NCBI GenBank assembly: GCA_017455665.1
Contig: JAFSZN010000115.1
Coordinates: 1-62,294, forward strand
Direction of reading: 5' to 3'
Source of the DNA: Lentisphaeria bacterium
GTDB taxonomy: Bacteria > Verrucomicrobiota > Lentisphaeria > Victivallales > UBA1829
DNA: 62,294 bases
Below the pieces are notes generated by a model. The model was not told the origin of the DNA. It searched no databases and saw nothing but the letters and a program-made list of their open reading frames with translations. Positions 45,340 to 54,345 of the stretch are shown here, piece by piece. Each line of letters starts with the position of its first letter. The first letter of the stretch is position 1. A program made the translations under genes and the position numbers.

Positions 45340-45775
45340 TGGTCAGCTCCTTTCGCTGTTGGTTGGTTTCTGTATTACAATAGCATAAAGAACGCCCGTA
45401 ATATTTCAGCAGCGTCACCGGAACGCCGTCCCGCGTCCAGCCGCCGCCGTCAATGATTTCGAATCCCAGAAGGATAGCCGTGCGGATTAGTTTCTGATTC
45501 CGCGTCTCGATGCTGGCAAAGATAACGTCGCACTCCGCCGACAGCATCCGCATGGCTTTCTTCATGATGGCCAAAATAATCACGCCGGGGACGTGCATGT
45601 ACTTTCCGGCCTTGAAATGGATAAAGCACCCGTCTCCGCATAACAGCGTACAGAACAGCGTCCCGACAAAAACGTTGTCTACGTCAATGTTCCACAGCCA
45701 GCCGTGTTCAGCATGCCACATTGTGACTTCATCCCGAACGAACGGTTCCTTGCTCGGCACGAACGTGATATTCAT
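45305..45775 (-). CDS. GNAT-like protein coupled to the large terminase
   Basis: Start MNITFVPSKE (rc cat 45773-45775) overlaps the TerL stop (ATGA). IFASIETRNQKLIRTAILLGFEIIDGG resembles a GNAT C-terminal motif. Confidence 0.4.
   Translation of the reverse strand: MNITFVPSKEPFVRDEVTMWHAEHGWLWNIDVDNVFVGTLFCTLLCGDGCFIHFKAGKYMHVPGVIILAIMKKAMRMLSAECDVIFASIETRNQKLIRTAILLGFEIIDGGGWTRDGVPVTLLKYYGRSLCYCNTETNQQRKELTNGNQSRKSENP
45377..45385 (-). promoter_or_regulatory. candidate extended -10 element TGCTATTGT
   Basis: The rc of ACAATAGCA, about 38 nt upstream of the ATG at 45339. Confidence 0.25.
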
Positions 45776-47268
45776 TTTCTGTTCAATCCCCCTGTTACTT
45801 TGAGACGCGCCGGAGACGTCGCATCCCCGCACAAGCCTTGTTTCCATGCTTGCGCCATTGTTCTGAACGCATCCGCGCCGTGGGACGCCCAATCGTGAAG
45901 CGGCTGGGTCTTGTAGCAATTATGCTTCTCATCCCATTCTTTTTTGTACGCTTCGAGGCATTTCCGCCCCTCGTCCGTCTTCACTTCATCGAACCAGCAA
46001 TACCCCAGCATTTCGCGGCAGTTCTCGATTCCGCCCATCACGTCCAGATTCGTCCTGATGCGCTCGAAATTGATGCCGAGTTTCTTGGCCGATTCAAGGC
46101 GGGAAATACCGGACGCCAGTTCGCGGACTGCGATATCGTGCGGCGCGAAATGCCGCCCGTATCTGTACCCCTTTTCCCGTAGGATTCGGGCATAATGCGG
46201 CAGACCCTCGCCGTTGTTCGCGTAGTAGTCGATAACGCGGACTTCCTTGCCGAGAAACTGGCAAAACCAAATGGAAGTCTCGTCCGACATGCCGAGGTCC
46301 CACGCCGTGAACACGGGTAAATCCGGCTCGTATGGGACGCGGCAGATGCGGTTTTCCCGGTGGATATCGTTGAAGCAGCGGCCATAATACGCGCCGTCCT
46401 GCGCCACCTTAAAGGCTTCCTCGACATAGGACGGATATTCCGCCCACATATCTTCATGCTGCGTACGCTCCTGAACCGCGTACCATGCTTGTTGTTCATC
46501 GGTCAACTCGATGCCGTGCCGGGAATACAGGTCATCGAAATACTTGTTCAGCCGACCGGGAATCACGATATCCGTCTGGTCGATTTTGTATTCAGGATTC
46601 AGCCACCACGGGAAAAAGTGCAGTTTGAATTCCTGCTCGCCCAGCGTCCGCCCGGCCAGCCGCTTCGCGTTCGCTTCCATGACCATATCGTAGAAGTATC
46701 CGCTGTTCCCCATGGCGGTCGATTCCACGAAACACATGCTTCCCGCGTGAACTGCGGGCAGGGAGCCTGTCTTGATTTCCCTCGCTTTCGCTGGCTGTCT
46801 CGCGCAGACCGGGCCGTATTCGGAGATATGGAGAAACTGGCACGTCCCCGAACGTGCGGAAACCATAACTTCGATGGTGCTGCCGTTCTTGAATGACATC
46901 TTGCCGTCCGCCGAACTCGCAACGACCGGACACCATTCTTTTAGTTCGCTCGGCAGATGCTCGTATGGATAGGCTATTTTCCGCCCGAAGATATCCGCCG
47001 CCTTTTCCCTCGTTTCCGCTATAATGACCGCCGTGAAGTTCTGCCGGAACAGCACCATATCCAATCCGATCAGGTCGATAAGCGTGGTAAAGCCCAGCTG
47101 CCGCGCTTTCAGCACGATGTTGTAGTACCACATGGAATCAAAAAAGGCTTCCTGCGCCGGACGCATCTTAAACTCAACGTCCTGCCCCTGCTCGTCAATG
47201 ATATGGTACAGGTGATTCAATCGCCATTTCTGGCTGCCGAATTCAGTTTCGCCCATTGTTTGCTCCAT
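45772..47268 (-). CDS. terL: terminase large subunit
   Basis: 498 aa. ARQLGFTT (Walker A-like), IIAET.. and nuclease-domain DLG.SD.TS/ WFCQ patterns. Follows TerS. Confidence 0.85.
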   Translation of the reverse strand: MEQTMGETEFGSQKWRLNHLYHIIDEQGQDVEFKMRPAQEAFFDSMWYYNIVLKARQLGFTTLIDLIGLDMVLFRQNFTAVIIAETREKAADIFGRKIAYPYEHLPSELKEWCPVVASSADGKMSFKNGSTIEVMVSARSGTCQFLHISEYGPVCARQPAKAREIKTGSLPAVHAGSMCFVESTAMGNSGYFYDMVMEANAKRLAGRTLGEQEFKLHFFPWWLNPEYKIDQTDIVIPGRLNKYFDDLYSRHGIELTDEQQAWYAVQERTQHEDMWAEYPSYVEEAFKVAQDGAYYGRCFNDIHRENRICRVPYEPDLPVFTAWDLGMSDETSIWFCQFLGKEVRVIDYYANNGEGLPHYARILREKGYRYGRHFAPHDIAVRELASGISRLESAKKLGINFERIRTNLDVMGGIENCREMLGYCWFDEVKTDEGRKCLEAYKKEWDEKHNCYKTQPLHDWASHGADAFRTMAQAWKQGLCGDATSPARLKVTGGLNRK

Positions 47269-47693
47269 TCATCGAACATGTTGGCCGCCCGCTCGCTTAC
47301 GGTGTTTTCGACCTCGACTTTCTCCCTGTAATGCTCCGCCGCGTTGTTCTTTAACATGAACTGCGCGAAACTCGGATTCTGCTTCCCGTCCAGCGCGCCC
47401 GTGATGCGGTTCGCCGTGATTTTCAGGTGGACTTTCTCCGCACGTTCGCCCAGCGCATCCTTCCGCTTCCGCCAGCCGTCAAACTCCCGCCTCGTGATGT
47501 CAAGGTACACGCACAGCCCTTCAATGCTGTACGGTTCAGGATTCGCCACCTCGTAGCCGCATCCATCCTTGTCGTATTCCGTCTTTGTCCGGGCGTCGCA
47601 CTTGTCGAAATACTCCCTCGAACGCTCCGCCAGCAATTCCGCCGTCCAGTTTTTCGCCAGTCTTGGCCGCCCTCGTTTCGTTTTTTTCTCCAT
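47217..47693 (-). CDS. terS: terminase small subunit
   Basis: 158 aa. KRGRPRLAKNWT...IEGLCVYLDITRREFDGW is an HTH typical of TerS. Overlaps the TerL start by 52 nt. Confidence 0.7.
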   Translation of the reverse strand: MEKKTKRGRPRLAKNWTAELLAERSREYFDKCDARTKTEYDKDGCGYEVANPEPYSIEGLCVYLDITRREFDGWRKRKDALGERAEKVHLKITANRITGALDGKQNPSFAQFMLKNNAAEHYREKVEVENTVSERAANMFDEWSKQWAKLNSAARNGD

Positions 47694-47799
47694 ATCGTAA
47701 CCCCTTTGTGCAATATTTCACATGGTTTATTGTTTTGACTTGAAACGCAGTACAACTATTTTCAAGTTTCTTGGTGAAATTTATTTGACATTTCAGGTT

Positions 47800-48000
47800 T
47801 CACGGTTCTTTGACGCATATCCGGTTTTCCAGATACGCCCGCAGCATCCACCCCGTAATCAGATAGCCGCCCCTGTCGCACTTCGCCGGGATGTCCCCGC
47901 GCTTGCACAGCGCGCGCACCGTCTTTGTGTTCCGGTGGATAATCTTCGCCACCTGTTCCGTGGTGTAAACCGCGTTTTCCTTAAATTCGACCTCGTCCAT
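47800..48000 (-). CDS. excisionase-family HTH protein (66 aa)
   Basis: YTTEQVAKIIHRNTKTVRALCKRGDIPAKCDRGGYLITGWMLRAYL. Confidence 0.55.
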   Translation of the reverse strand: MDEVEFKENAVYTTEQVAKIIHRNTKTVRALCKRGDIPAKCDRGGYLITGWMLRAYLENRICVKEP

Positions 48001-48038
48001 GCTCGTTTCCGTTTCCTTGTTAAGTTACGATTCCGTTT

Positions 48039-48304
48039 CCGTCTATGGGAATCTATTGCCAGATGATAGCGGAATATAACGGAATCTATGACCGTTTATA
48101 GGAAAATATAGCACATCGGCAAAAATAAAAATTCTCTGCCCTCTCCGTTCAAATGCTTACATGCACGAAACTGTTTAGAGAAACCCGCGCCCGTTTATCG
48201 GCAAATGGAACCGTCTACGGGAATCTAATGCCACGGCGAACGCGCGCGCGGAGATGCTTTCTATCGCCCTTTATGGTGCTTTCGTGTACCGTCTATGGGA
48301 ATCT
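48039..48304 (+). repeat. three direct copies of the 16-mer CCGTCTAYGGGAATCT in the att-proximal arm
   Basis: Copies at 48039-48054, 48211-48226 and 48289-48304. Extra GGAAT[CA]T half-motifs occur near 48070, 48080 and 48470. Confidence 0.8.
48105..48113 (-). promoter_or_regulatory. candidate extended -10 element TGCTATATT
   Basis: The rc of AATATAGCA, about 105 nt upstream of the HTH gene ATG (48000). Confidence 0.25.
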
Positions 48305-48549
48305 GTTTCTCAAAAGGAAACGTTTGCCCATTTTGTTTGGATTTGCGTTACAGCATGGCGTGAAACCGGAAAATCGAACCCTTAAGAAATCCTTAGTAGT
48401 TGCCCGGTTCAACCCGTTACAATTTGTAACCAGTTGGAAGTCAGGAGTAGTTAAGTAATACTTTACAACTGGAATCTGACACAGTTTTAGGCACAAACGA
48501 TTTAATCCCGTTTCTCCCATTTCACAGGATTTTGTGCTCAAATTTAAAA

Positions 48550-48581
48550 TAAAAATGGCGGAGAGAGGGGGATTCGAACCC
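48550..48581. repeat. att core repeat (tRNA-proximal)
   Basis: Identical to 8479..8510. Forms the 3' end of the intact tRNA-Ser. Confidence 0.95.
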
Positions 48582-48647
48582 CCGGTAGAGTTTGACCCCT
48601 ACGACGGTTTAGCAAACCGTTCCTTTCGGCCACTCAGGCATCTCTCC
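48556..48647 (-). tRNA. tRNA-Ser (anticodon GCU), 92 nt with encoded CCA
   Basis: rc = GGAGAGA-UG-...-ACGGU UUGCUAA ACCGU-long variable arm (GUAG..CUAC)-GGGGG UUCGAAU CCCCC-UCUCUCC-G-CCA. The cloverleaf folds by hand. Confidence 0.93.
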
Positions 48648-48980
48648 GCTACAGTTCAAAAGGTATGTTTTATACTATACTCCGTTTTCTGGTAAAATCA
48701 AGGCGCTTTCCCAAAAAAAAGCGAAAATGAATGCTTGATGCGGTATCCATCCGCGTTGAAAGGCTGCCTCATTCATCAAATCTTTTCCTGTACGCCCTGC
48801 AAATAAAGAAAGGTCCCGACTTGACTTTTCTTCAAAAAAATGCTAAAGTATTTTTGTGTCACTCATTGCAACATTGTTCCCTCCCGTTTGCCGACCGGAT
48901 GTGGAGATATGCCGGAAAAGAAACGACCGGCGCCGTCCGTCCTTCTCGGACAGCCGGTGCTTTTGTCATAAGGACTAGAA

Positions 48981-51900
48981 ATGTCGATCAAGGATTTTAT
49001 TCGGAACCCCATTCTGCGCAGATGCCTCACCGTTCTCATTGTCGCGGTCGCTCTGCTGCAGTGCGTTTTCGTTTTCTCGGGAATGTTTTTTCTGGCAGTG
49101 GACGTCTCGACGGAATCCCCTGGCGAGCTTTATGTGGTTTCGAAAAACCGCCAGGCGCGGGAGGAAATCAGCCGCTGCACGTTGGCGGGCGGCGGGAAAG
49201 AGGAATATTTCGAAACTTTTTTCTTTGCCCGGAGCAGAAAAGACGTGGAGCTGGAATTCCGCGGAGACGGGCAATGCACGATCCGGCGCATCTCGTTCCT
49301 GCACCGGAGCCTGATCTTCAGGTTTGAGAAGATCAAGCGGTATCTCTTCCGGGACCAGGTTCAGACAGAGGATAAAACGTTTGAACTGGAACCCGGCCGT
49401 CCGTCCGTTCTGCCCCTGGACATTCAGGATTATTCCCGCAAGATGAATGTCCCGGGCGTCATCAGCCTGTGGATCCTGCAGATCTGTTTGCTGGTGCGTT
49501 TTTTCGACCTTCTCTGCCGGCTTTTCAAGTGGACGGGGATCAGATTTGTCTGTCTGTTGAAATCCTGCGCCGCAATCGACACAAAACGATTCACCGGACT
49601 TGATTCCAAGTTCAGGATTCAGGAGATCCTTCTTCTTTCGACGGTGCTTCCGGTCGTTTTTCTGGACTATTACACGGAGAAAGCGGCAATCTTCGTCCTT
49701 GTCGTAATTCTGGAATTCCTTGCGTTTGCCTTTTCTCTTTTCGGCGCCGTCGAGAATGCAAAGGCTGGGGAAAAATGCTGTGGTCCGAACGATTGCGCGG
49801 ATGCCACAGTCGACAAGAAACGTTACACCGGATTTAACTACAGATTCAGGATTCAGGAGATCCTTCTTCTTTCGACAGTGCTTCCGGTCGTTTTCCTGGA
49901 CTATTACACGGAGAAAGCGACAATCTTCGCCCTTGTCGTAATCTTGGAATTCCTTGCGTTTGTTTTTTCTCTTTTCGGCGCCGTCGAGAATGCAAAGGCT
50001 GGGGAAAAGCATCCGTACAAAGGTCTGCTGCTGTTCCTGCTTGTCACGGCGCTCGTCGATTTGTGTCTGCTGGAAGTATGCAGATTGAAATATACGAATC
50101 TGTTTGGTGACGAATCGGAAAAATTCATGCTGCCGTATTTTCTGCATAACGGGTACAAACTGTATGATACGGCGTTCTGCCATCACGGTCCGTTCATGAC
50201 GATCCTGCCCCACCTCATTTATATATTGCATCCGGTGAACGACATCGGCGTTTTCCGCGCCTCGGGCTTCCTTGTCCTGCTGCTGCCGACTATCCTGTTC
50301 CTTTTTACGGATATCGTCCCGAAAAGGAGCATCCGGATCGCTGTCTCTCTTATGTTCCCCTGCTTATATCTTCTGGTCGTTTTTATCTATTCTTATTATG
50401 GGGAAGGCTTTTTGCCCTGCAGTATAGTCCTTTATCAGTTTTTTGGCGCGGTCTTTATCGGATGCGCCCTGATCCTGCTGTATCCGCTTCTGTTTCAGGA
50501 GAAATACAATATGAAATACCTGTTCTGGGCGGGGTTGTTCTTGTCATTTTCATTCTTCTGCGCGATTTCCTTTTCCATCTCCGTCTTTATTGTTTGTCTG
50601 ATGGTCCTGCTTTTCTGCATCTACAATTTCCACCAGGCGATAAAAAAATACTCCACACTGCTGTTTTTCGTTTATGGCGGAGTGGCGGGAATCATCCTGG
50701 TCCTGCTCTGGCTGATGGTGTTCGGTTCCGTCCGCGGGTTCATCGAGCAGCATATTCTGTTCAATCTGCAGGTCTATTCGAAGTATATTCAAATGAATGA
50801 TCCCACCTCCAGTTTTACCTTGACGGTCAAAGGAATACCGAAATGGATCCTGGAAGGAACGCTTTGCTTTGTCCTGTTGACTTCTTTATTCGTTTTTGCT
50901 CCTTTGTCCTTTTTATTCCGTTTCGGCAATGTCAAACGCGCTCTTCTGCATTTTGTATTTTGCGCCATGATGTTTCTTACAGCATTTCTTTCCTGCAGAA
51001 TCGCTTCATATTACGGTTTCGGTTTTATGTTTTCTCCGTTGGGGCAGTCCGGATATGTCATCCTGACCATAGTGGCATGTGTTCTGCTGTCCGATTTGGA
51101 TTTAAGAAGAACGGCACTTGTCATTGCCGCAGGATTGTTCTGTGCCTTGCTGATGAAGGAGTATGTACGGTTCCATATTCCGGAATCCAGTCGTTTCCTT
51201 CAGTTGCAACAAAAAGAGATCAAGTCCACGGAGATCGTTCAGAAACTCACGCTTCCCGAGGATCCGGTTTTGTTTTACATGGGCGGGTTTGCCGATTATG
51301 TCGGAGATCAGCGTTTGCCCGGCGGTGTCTCTTTTCCTTTTATTACATTGCCGATTTACGAATATGGCAAAGAACGCCTTTATGCCGAGCTGCAGAAAAC
51401 CATGCCGGTCATAATCTCTTTTTTCTATGAGGACTATAAAGAATCCTTTTCTTCTTCTCAAGAGCCGCTGATTTCCGAGTTCCTTGATTTTATAAAGGAT
51501 GAGGGATACATGCAGATCCTCGGAACCGATTATTATGTCCTTCCGGAACGGTGCTCCAGACAGGAGGAACTCGCCCAATACGAACTTGTCCCGATTATTC
51601 GGCATAATCAGAGTGTTTCAAAACTCCATCCTTTCATGGAGATCAACCGTGAAAACCGGTATTGCGGCAAACTTGTCTATTCTGACAAATTGGGAGACAG
51701 TCCGGTGACCGGCATCGCGATCAGCTTCCCCACATTCAGCCGCTCGGGTTCGGAACTTGACGGAGAGATGAACGTTCAATTCCTCAGCGAACAGGGCGAG
51801 ATCATGTACGAGTATTCGATGGACTGTACACGACTGATCGACAATAAGACTTTTCGTTTTGCCTTTGACAGTCCCTGCCGCCCCGCGTCGGTTTGCGTCT

Positions 51901-52064
51901 CTTCGACATCTTCTCCCGGGAAAGGCTTTTCCGTCTGGCTCAATCAGGATGAACGATTGAGAGTGGGCGCCTTCCTGGATCCCATAGCGCAGTCTTCCAC
52001 CGTCCGCAGAGTGTTTCCCTCTGAGGGGGAACACCCGGAGACCGGGGGCGGTTCGCTGCCTTGA
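48981..52064 (+). CDS. large polytopic membrane protein (1027 aa) with an internal tandem duplication, function unknown
   Basis: Many hydrophobic helices through the central ~600 aa and a soluble C-terminal ~300 aa. Visibly lower GC than the neighbouring host genes. Confidence 0.7.
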   Translation: MSIKDFIRNPILRRCLTVLIVAVALLQCVFVFSGMFFLAVDVSTESPGELYVVSKNRQAREEISRCTLAGGGKEEYFETFFFARSRKDVELEFRGDGQCTIRRISFLHRSLIFRFEKIKRYLFRDQVQTEDKTFELEPGRPSVLPLDIQDYSRKMNVPGVISLWILQICLLVRFFDLLCRLFKWTGIRFVCLLKSCAAIDTKRFTGLDSKFRIQEILLLSTVLPVVFLDYYTEKAAIFVLVVILEFLAFAFSLFGAVENAKAGEKCCGPNDCADATVDKKRYTGFNYRFRIQEILLLSTVLPVVFLDYYTEKATIFALVVILEFLAFVFSLFGAVENAKAGEKHPYKGLLLFLLVTALVDLCLLEVCRLKYTNLFGDESEKFMLPYFLHNGYKLYDTAFCHHGPFMTILPHLIYILHPVNDIGVFRASGFLVLLLPTILFLFTDIVPKRSIRIAVSLMFPCLYLLVVFIYSYYGEGFLPCSIVLYQFFGAVFIGCALILLYPLLFQEKYNMKYLFWAGLFLSFSFFCAISFSISVFIVCLMVLLFCIYNFHQAIKKYSTLLFFVYGGVAGIILVLLWLMVFGSVRGFIEQHILFNLQVYSKYIQMNDPTSSFTLTVKGIPKWILEGTLCFVLLTSLFVFAPLSFLFRFGNVKRALLHFVFCAMMFLTAFLSCRIASYYGFGFMFSPLGQSGYVILTIVACVLLSDLDLRRTALVIAAGLFCALLMKEYVRFHIPESSRFLQLQQKEIKSTEIVQKLTLPEDPVLFYMGGFADYVGDQRLPGGVSFPFITLPIYEYGKERLYAELQKTMPVIISFFYEDYKESFSSSQEPLISEFLDFIKDEGYMQILGTDYYVLPERCSRQEELAQYELVPIIRHNQSVSKLHPFMEINRENRYCGKLVYSDKLGDSPVTGIAISFPTFSRSGSELDGEMNVQFLSEQGEIMYEYSMDCTRLIDNKTFRFAFDSPCRPASVCVSSTSSPGKGFSVWLNQDERLRVGAFLDPIAQSSTVRRVFPSEGEHPETGGGSLP
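49611..50008 (+). repeat. 234-nt (78-aa) tandem duplication inside the membrane protein gene
   Basis: Units 49611-49774 and 49845-50008 differ at 8 of 164 positions. They encode FRIQEILLLSTVLPVVFLDYYTEKA.IF.LVVILEFLAF.FSLFGAVENAKAGEK twice. Confidence 0.9.
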
Positions 52065-52169
52065 CCTTCCGTTTTCCTTTTGGATGAAACGTTCCTTTTA
52101 ATTCTGCTCAGCTCGAGACGGCCCCCAGGCATTGACGTCTTCCGGGAAGCAGCAGGAATGCGTCAAAGG

Positions 52170-53177
52170 TCAGTCGTGCCCGCCGAAGCCGGCGAGCGCG
52201 GCGGCGAACGCCCGGTCCTGTTCGATCTCGCGTCCGCGCGTGGTCAGATAGCCGCCCGTCATGAGGCTGTTCAGCCCGGAGAGCATCAGCAGCCCCTGGA
52301 AATCCTTCATGACCGTCTCGCGTCCGGCGCAGAATTTGAGCGTCTTTGCCGGATTGACGAGGCGGAAGATGGCGAAGATCTTCGCGGCGTCTGCGGGTGT
52401 CACGTGCGCCTGGTGTTCGAGCGGGGTGCCGGGGATCGGCAGGAGGATGTTCAACGGCGTGCCCTCCACGTCCAGCTCGCGGATCGCGAACGCCATGTCG
52501 ACGCGGTCCGCCCAGGTCTCGCCGAGCCCGAAGATGCCGCCCGTGCAGTTCGTGATGCCGTACTTCTTCATCAGGCGGATGGTGTCGAGCTTCTGTTCAA
52601 TGGTGTGCGTGGTGGCGATGAGGTCGGCGTAGCGCGCCGGGCTGGTCTGCAGGTTCATGTTGTAGCGCCACACATGGTGCTCCGCGAGGAGCTTCACGCA
52701 TTCTTCGGAGAGGATGCCGAGCGAGGCGCAGAGGCGCATGTCCGGGTATTTCGCGTGCAGGAGGTCCATCGTGTCGAGGATGACGCGGAAATCGCGGTCG
52801 GGCTTCTCCCAGCCGCGTCCGCTGGTCACATAGCCGAACGTGCGGACGCCCTCGGCGTAGGCTTTTCCGGCGGCTTCCAGCACGGCTTCCGGCGCGAGGA
52901 TCGGGTAGGTGTCGATCCCGGTGTGGTGTGCGGCGCTCTGGGCGCAGAAGCGGCAGTTCTCGCGGCATTTGCCGGACTTCGCGTTGATGATGGAACAGCT
53001 GTGGAGAGCTGGCGCGAATTTCAGCCGGACCTTGTTCGCGAGGGAGACCAGGTCGAGGAGGTCGGCGCCGTGGACGGTTTCGGCGATGGCGAGCGCGTCT
53101 GCGCGGCTGATCGGCTGTCCGTCCAGGACGGAATACGCTTTGCGGATGAGCGGATGGATGAGATTGTCGGGGGTCAT
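52170..53177 (-). CDS. bioB: biotin synthase
   Basis: Radical-SAM CRENCRFCAQS, plus a downstream YNMNLQTS / GGIFGLGE pattern typical of BioB. Confidence 0.85.
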   Translation of the reverse strand: MTPDNLIHPLIRKAYSVLDGQPISRADALAIAETVHGADLLDLVSLANKVRLKFAPALHSCSIINAKSGKCRENCRFCAQSAAHHTGIDTYPILAPEAVLEAAGKAYAEGVRTFGYVTSGRGWEKPDRDFRVILDTMDLLHAKYPDMRLCASLGILSEECVKLLAEHHVWRYNMNLQTSPARYADLIATTHTIEQKLDTIRLMKKYGITNCTGGIFGLGETWADRVDMAFAIRELDVEGTPLNILLPIPGTPLEHQAHVTPADAAKIFAIFRLVNPAKTLKFCAGRETVMKDFQGLLMLSGLNSLMTGGYLTTRGREIEQDRAFAAALAGFGGHD

Positions 53178-53343
53178 GTGCGGCTCCTGAAAAAGGGTGG
53201 TGGGATGTTCAAAAGACCAATATAATATAGTCCGTGCGAATCAAAACTTAAAATAATCGTTCGGCATGGATTGATAAAGAAAGGTTATGGATGTATAGTA
53301 TATGCGGCAAATGATTTGACAAGACCACAATTTGAGGTGCGAC

Positions 53344-54255
53344 ATGATCGAACGAAGCCTGAAGCTTTTCCGCACGGCGGCCGCCGTGTGCAATTTCACG
53401 GAAGTCGCCGCGATGAGCGGGATGACCCAGCCGAACGTCACGAAGCAGATCGCGAATCTGGAACGGCATCTCGGCGTCCAGCTGTTCCAGCGCACGGGCC
53501 GGAGCGTGCGCCTGACGCCCGCGGGCGAGGTCCTGCGCGATGAGTGCGAACACCTGTTCGCCGTGGAGTCGGACATCCTGCGGAAACTGCGGAGCGCGAA
53601 CGAACGGAGCCGGTCGTATTTCGTCGGCGGGACGGCGACCGCCGGGAGTTTTCTGCTGATCGGCATGAACGCCGTGTACCAGAAGGCGCATCCGAACCGT
53701 GCGCTGCACCTGAAGATCGAACGTCCGGAGGTGCTTCACCGGATGCTTGCGGCGGGCGAACTCGCGCTCGCGCTGACCGACGCGCCGTACGACCGCGCCT
53801 ATTTCCTGTCCGAACCGTACTGCATGGACCGTCTGACCCCGGTCTTCGCGCCGGGTTACCTCAAACGGAAGACGTTTTCGCTGGGCGAGTACATCCGCGG
53901 GGGAGGGGCGTTCATCCTCGACGAATCCGGGTCCGGCGGACGCGCGGAGCTGGAGCGTTTTGCGAGGGAACACGGCCTGCCGGAGATCGACCCGGCGAAG
54001 ATCACCGAAGTGTGCTCGCTTGACGCCGTGAAAATTCTGGTGCAGGCGGGCGGCGGCATCTCGGTGCTGTCGGAGCTCGCCGTGGAAAACGAGGTCAAGG
54101 CGGGCGTGCTCCAGGCGGGGACGCTCGTCGAGGGGGAGATCCTGCGGCGCGTGGACTTCATCTACACGGCGGACGGCGACCAGCGGTTCATCCACGAATT
54201 CATCCATTTCAGCCGGAAACACATCGGGCGTTCGCTGATCCGCGCGCAGGCGTGA
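53344..54255 (+). CDS. LysR-family transcriptional regulator
   Basis: MIERSLKLFRTAAAVCNFTEVAAMSGMTQPNVTKQIANLERHLGVQLFQRTGRSVRLTPAG. Divergent from bioB. Confidence 0.85.
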   Translation: MIERSLKLFRTAAAVCNFTEVAAMSGMTQPNVTKQIANLERHLGVQLFQRTGRSVRLTPAGEVLRDECEHLFAVESDILRKLRSANERSRSYFVGGTATAGSFLLIGMNAVYQKAHPNRALHLKIERPEVLHRMLAAGELALALTDAPYDRAYFLSEPYCMDRLTPVFAPGYLKRKTFSLGEYIRGGGAFILDESGSGGRAELERFAREHGLPEIDPAKITEVCSLDAVKILVQAGGGISVLSELAVENEVKAGVLQAGTLVEGEILRRVDFIYTADGDQRFIHEFIHFSRKHIGRSLIRAQA

Positions 54256-54345
54256 GCGATTTCTCCGGTTTTTCCGCGGGCGGGGTTGACAAACGCGGAA
54301 ACCTGTGGTATTGTTTTGCGGACAACAGACAAGGAGAACCATGCC

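Larger units (their letters stand above)
8479..48581. mobile_element. integrated podovirus-like temperate phage (about 40.1 kb) in tRNA-Ser(GCU)
   Basis: Perfect 32-bp direct repeat at both ends, with integrase next to one repeat and an intact tRNA at the other. A full set of phage early and structural genes lies between. Base composition is visibly less GC-rich than the flanks. Confidence 0.93.

Noticed and set aside
48039-48304. Possible CRISPR array or tandem repeat locus
   Set aside because: Only three 16-nt copies are present, with irregular spacing (172 and 78 nt), and no cas genes. The att arm or operator interpretation fits better. The same reasoning applies to the 11-bp iterons at 11783-11876.
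48153-48541. ORFs 48153..48458 (+) and 48293..48541 (-) in the att-proximal arm
   Set aside because: They have no RBS, odd composition, and overlap the repeat-bearing non-coding arm. They are more likely regulatory DNA.
48975-50231. 418-aa minus-strand ORF opposite the large membrane protein
   Set aside because: It is antisense to a frame with clear TM-helix periodicity. Its own internal repeat merely mirrors the tandem duplication.
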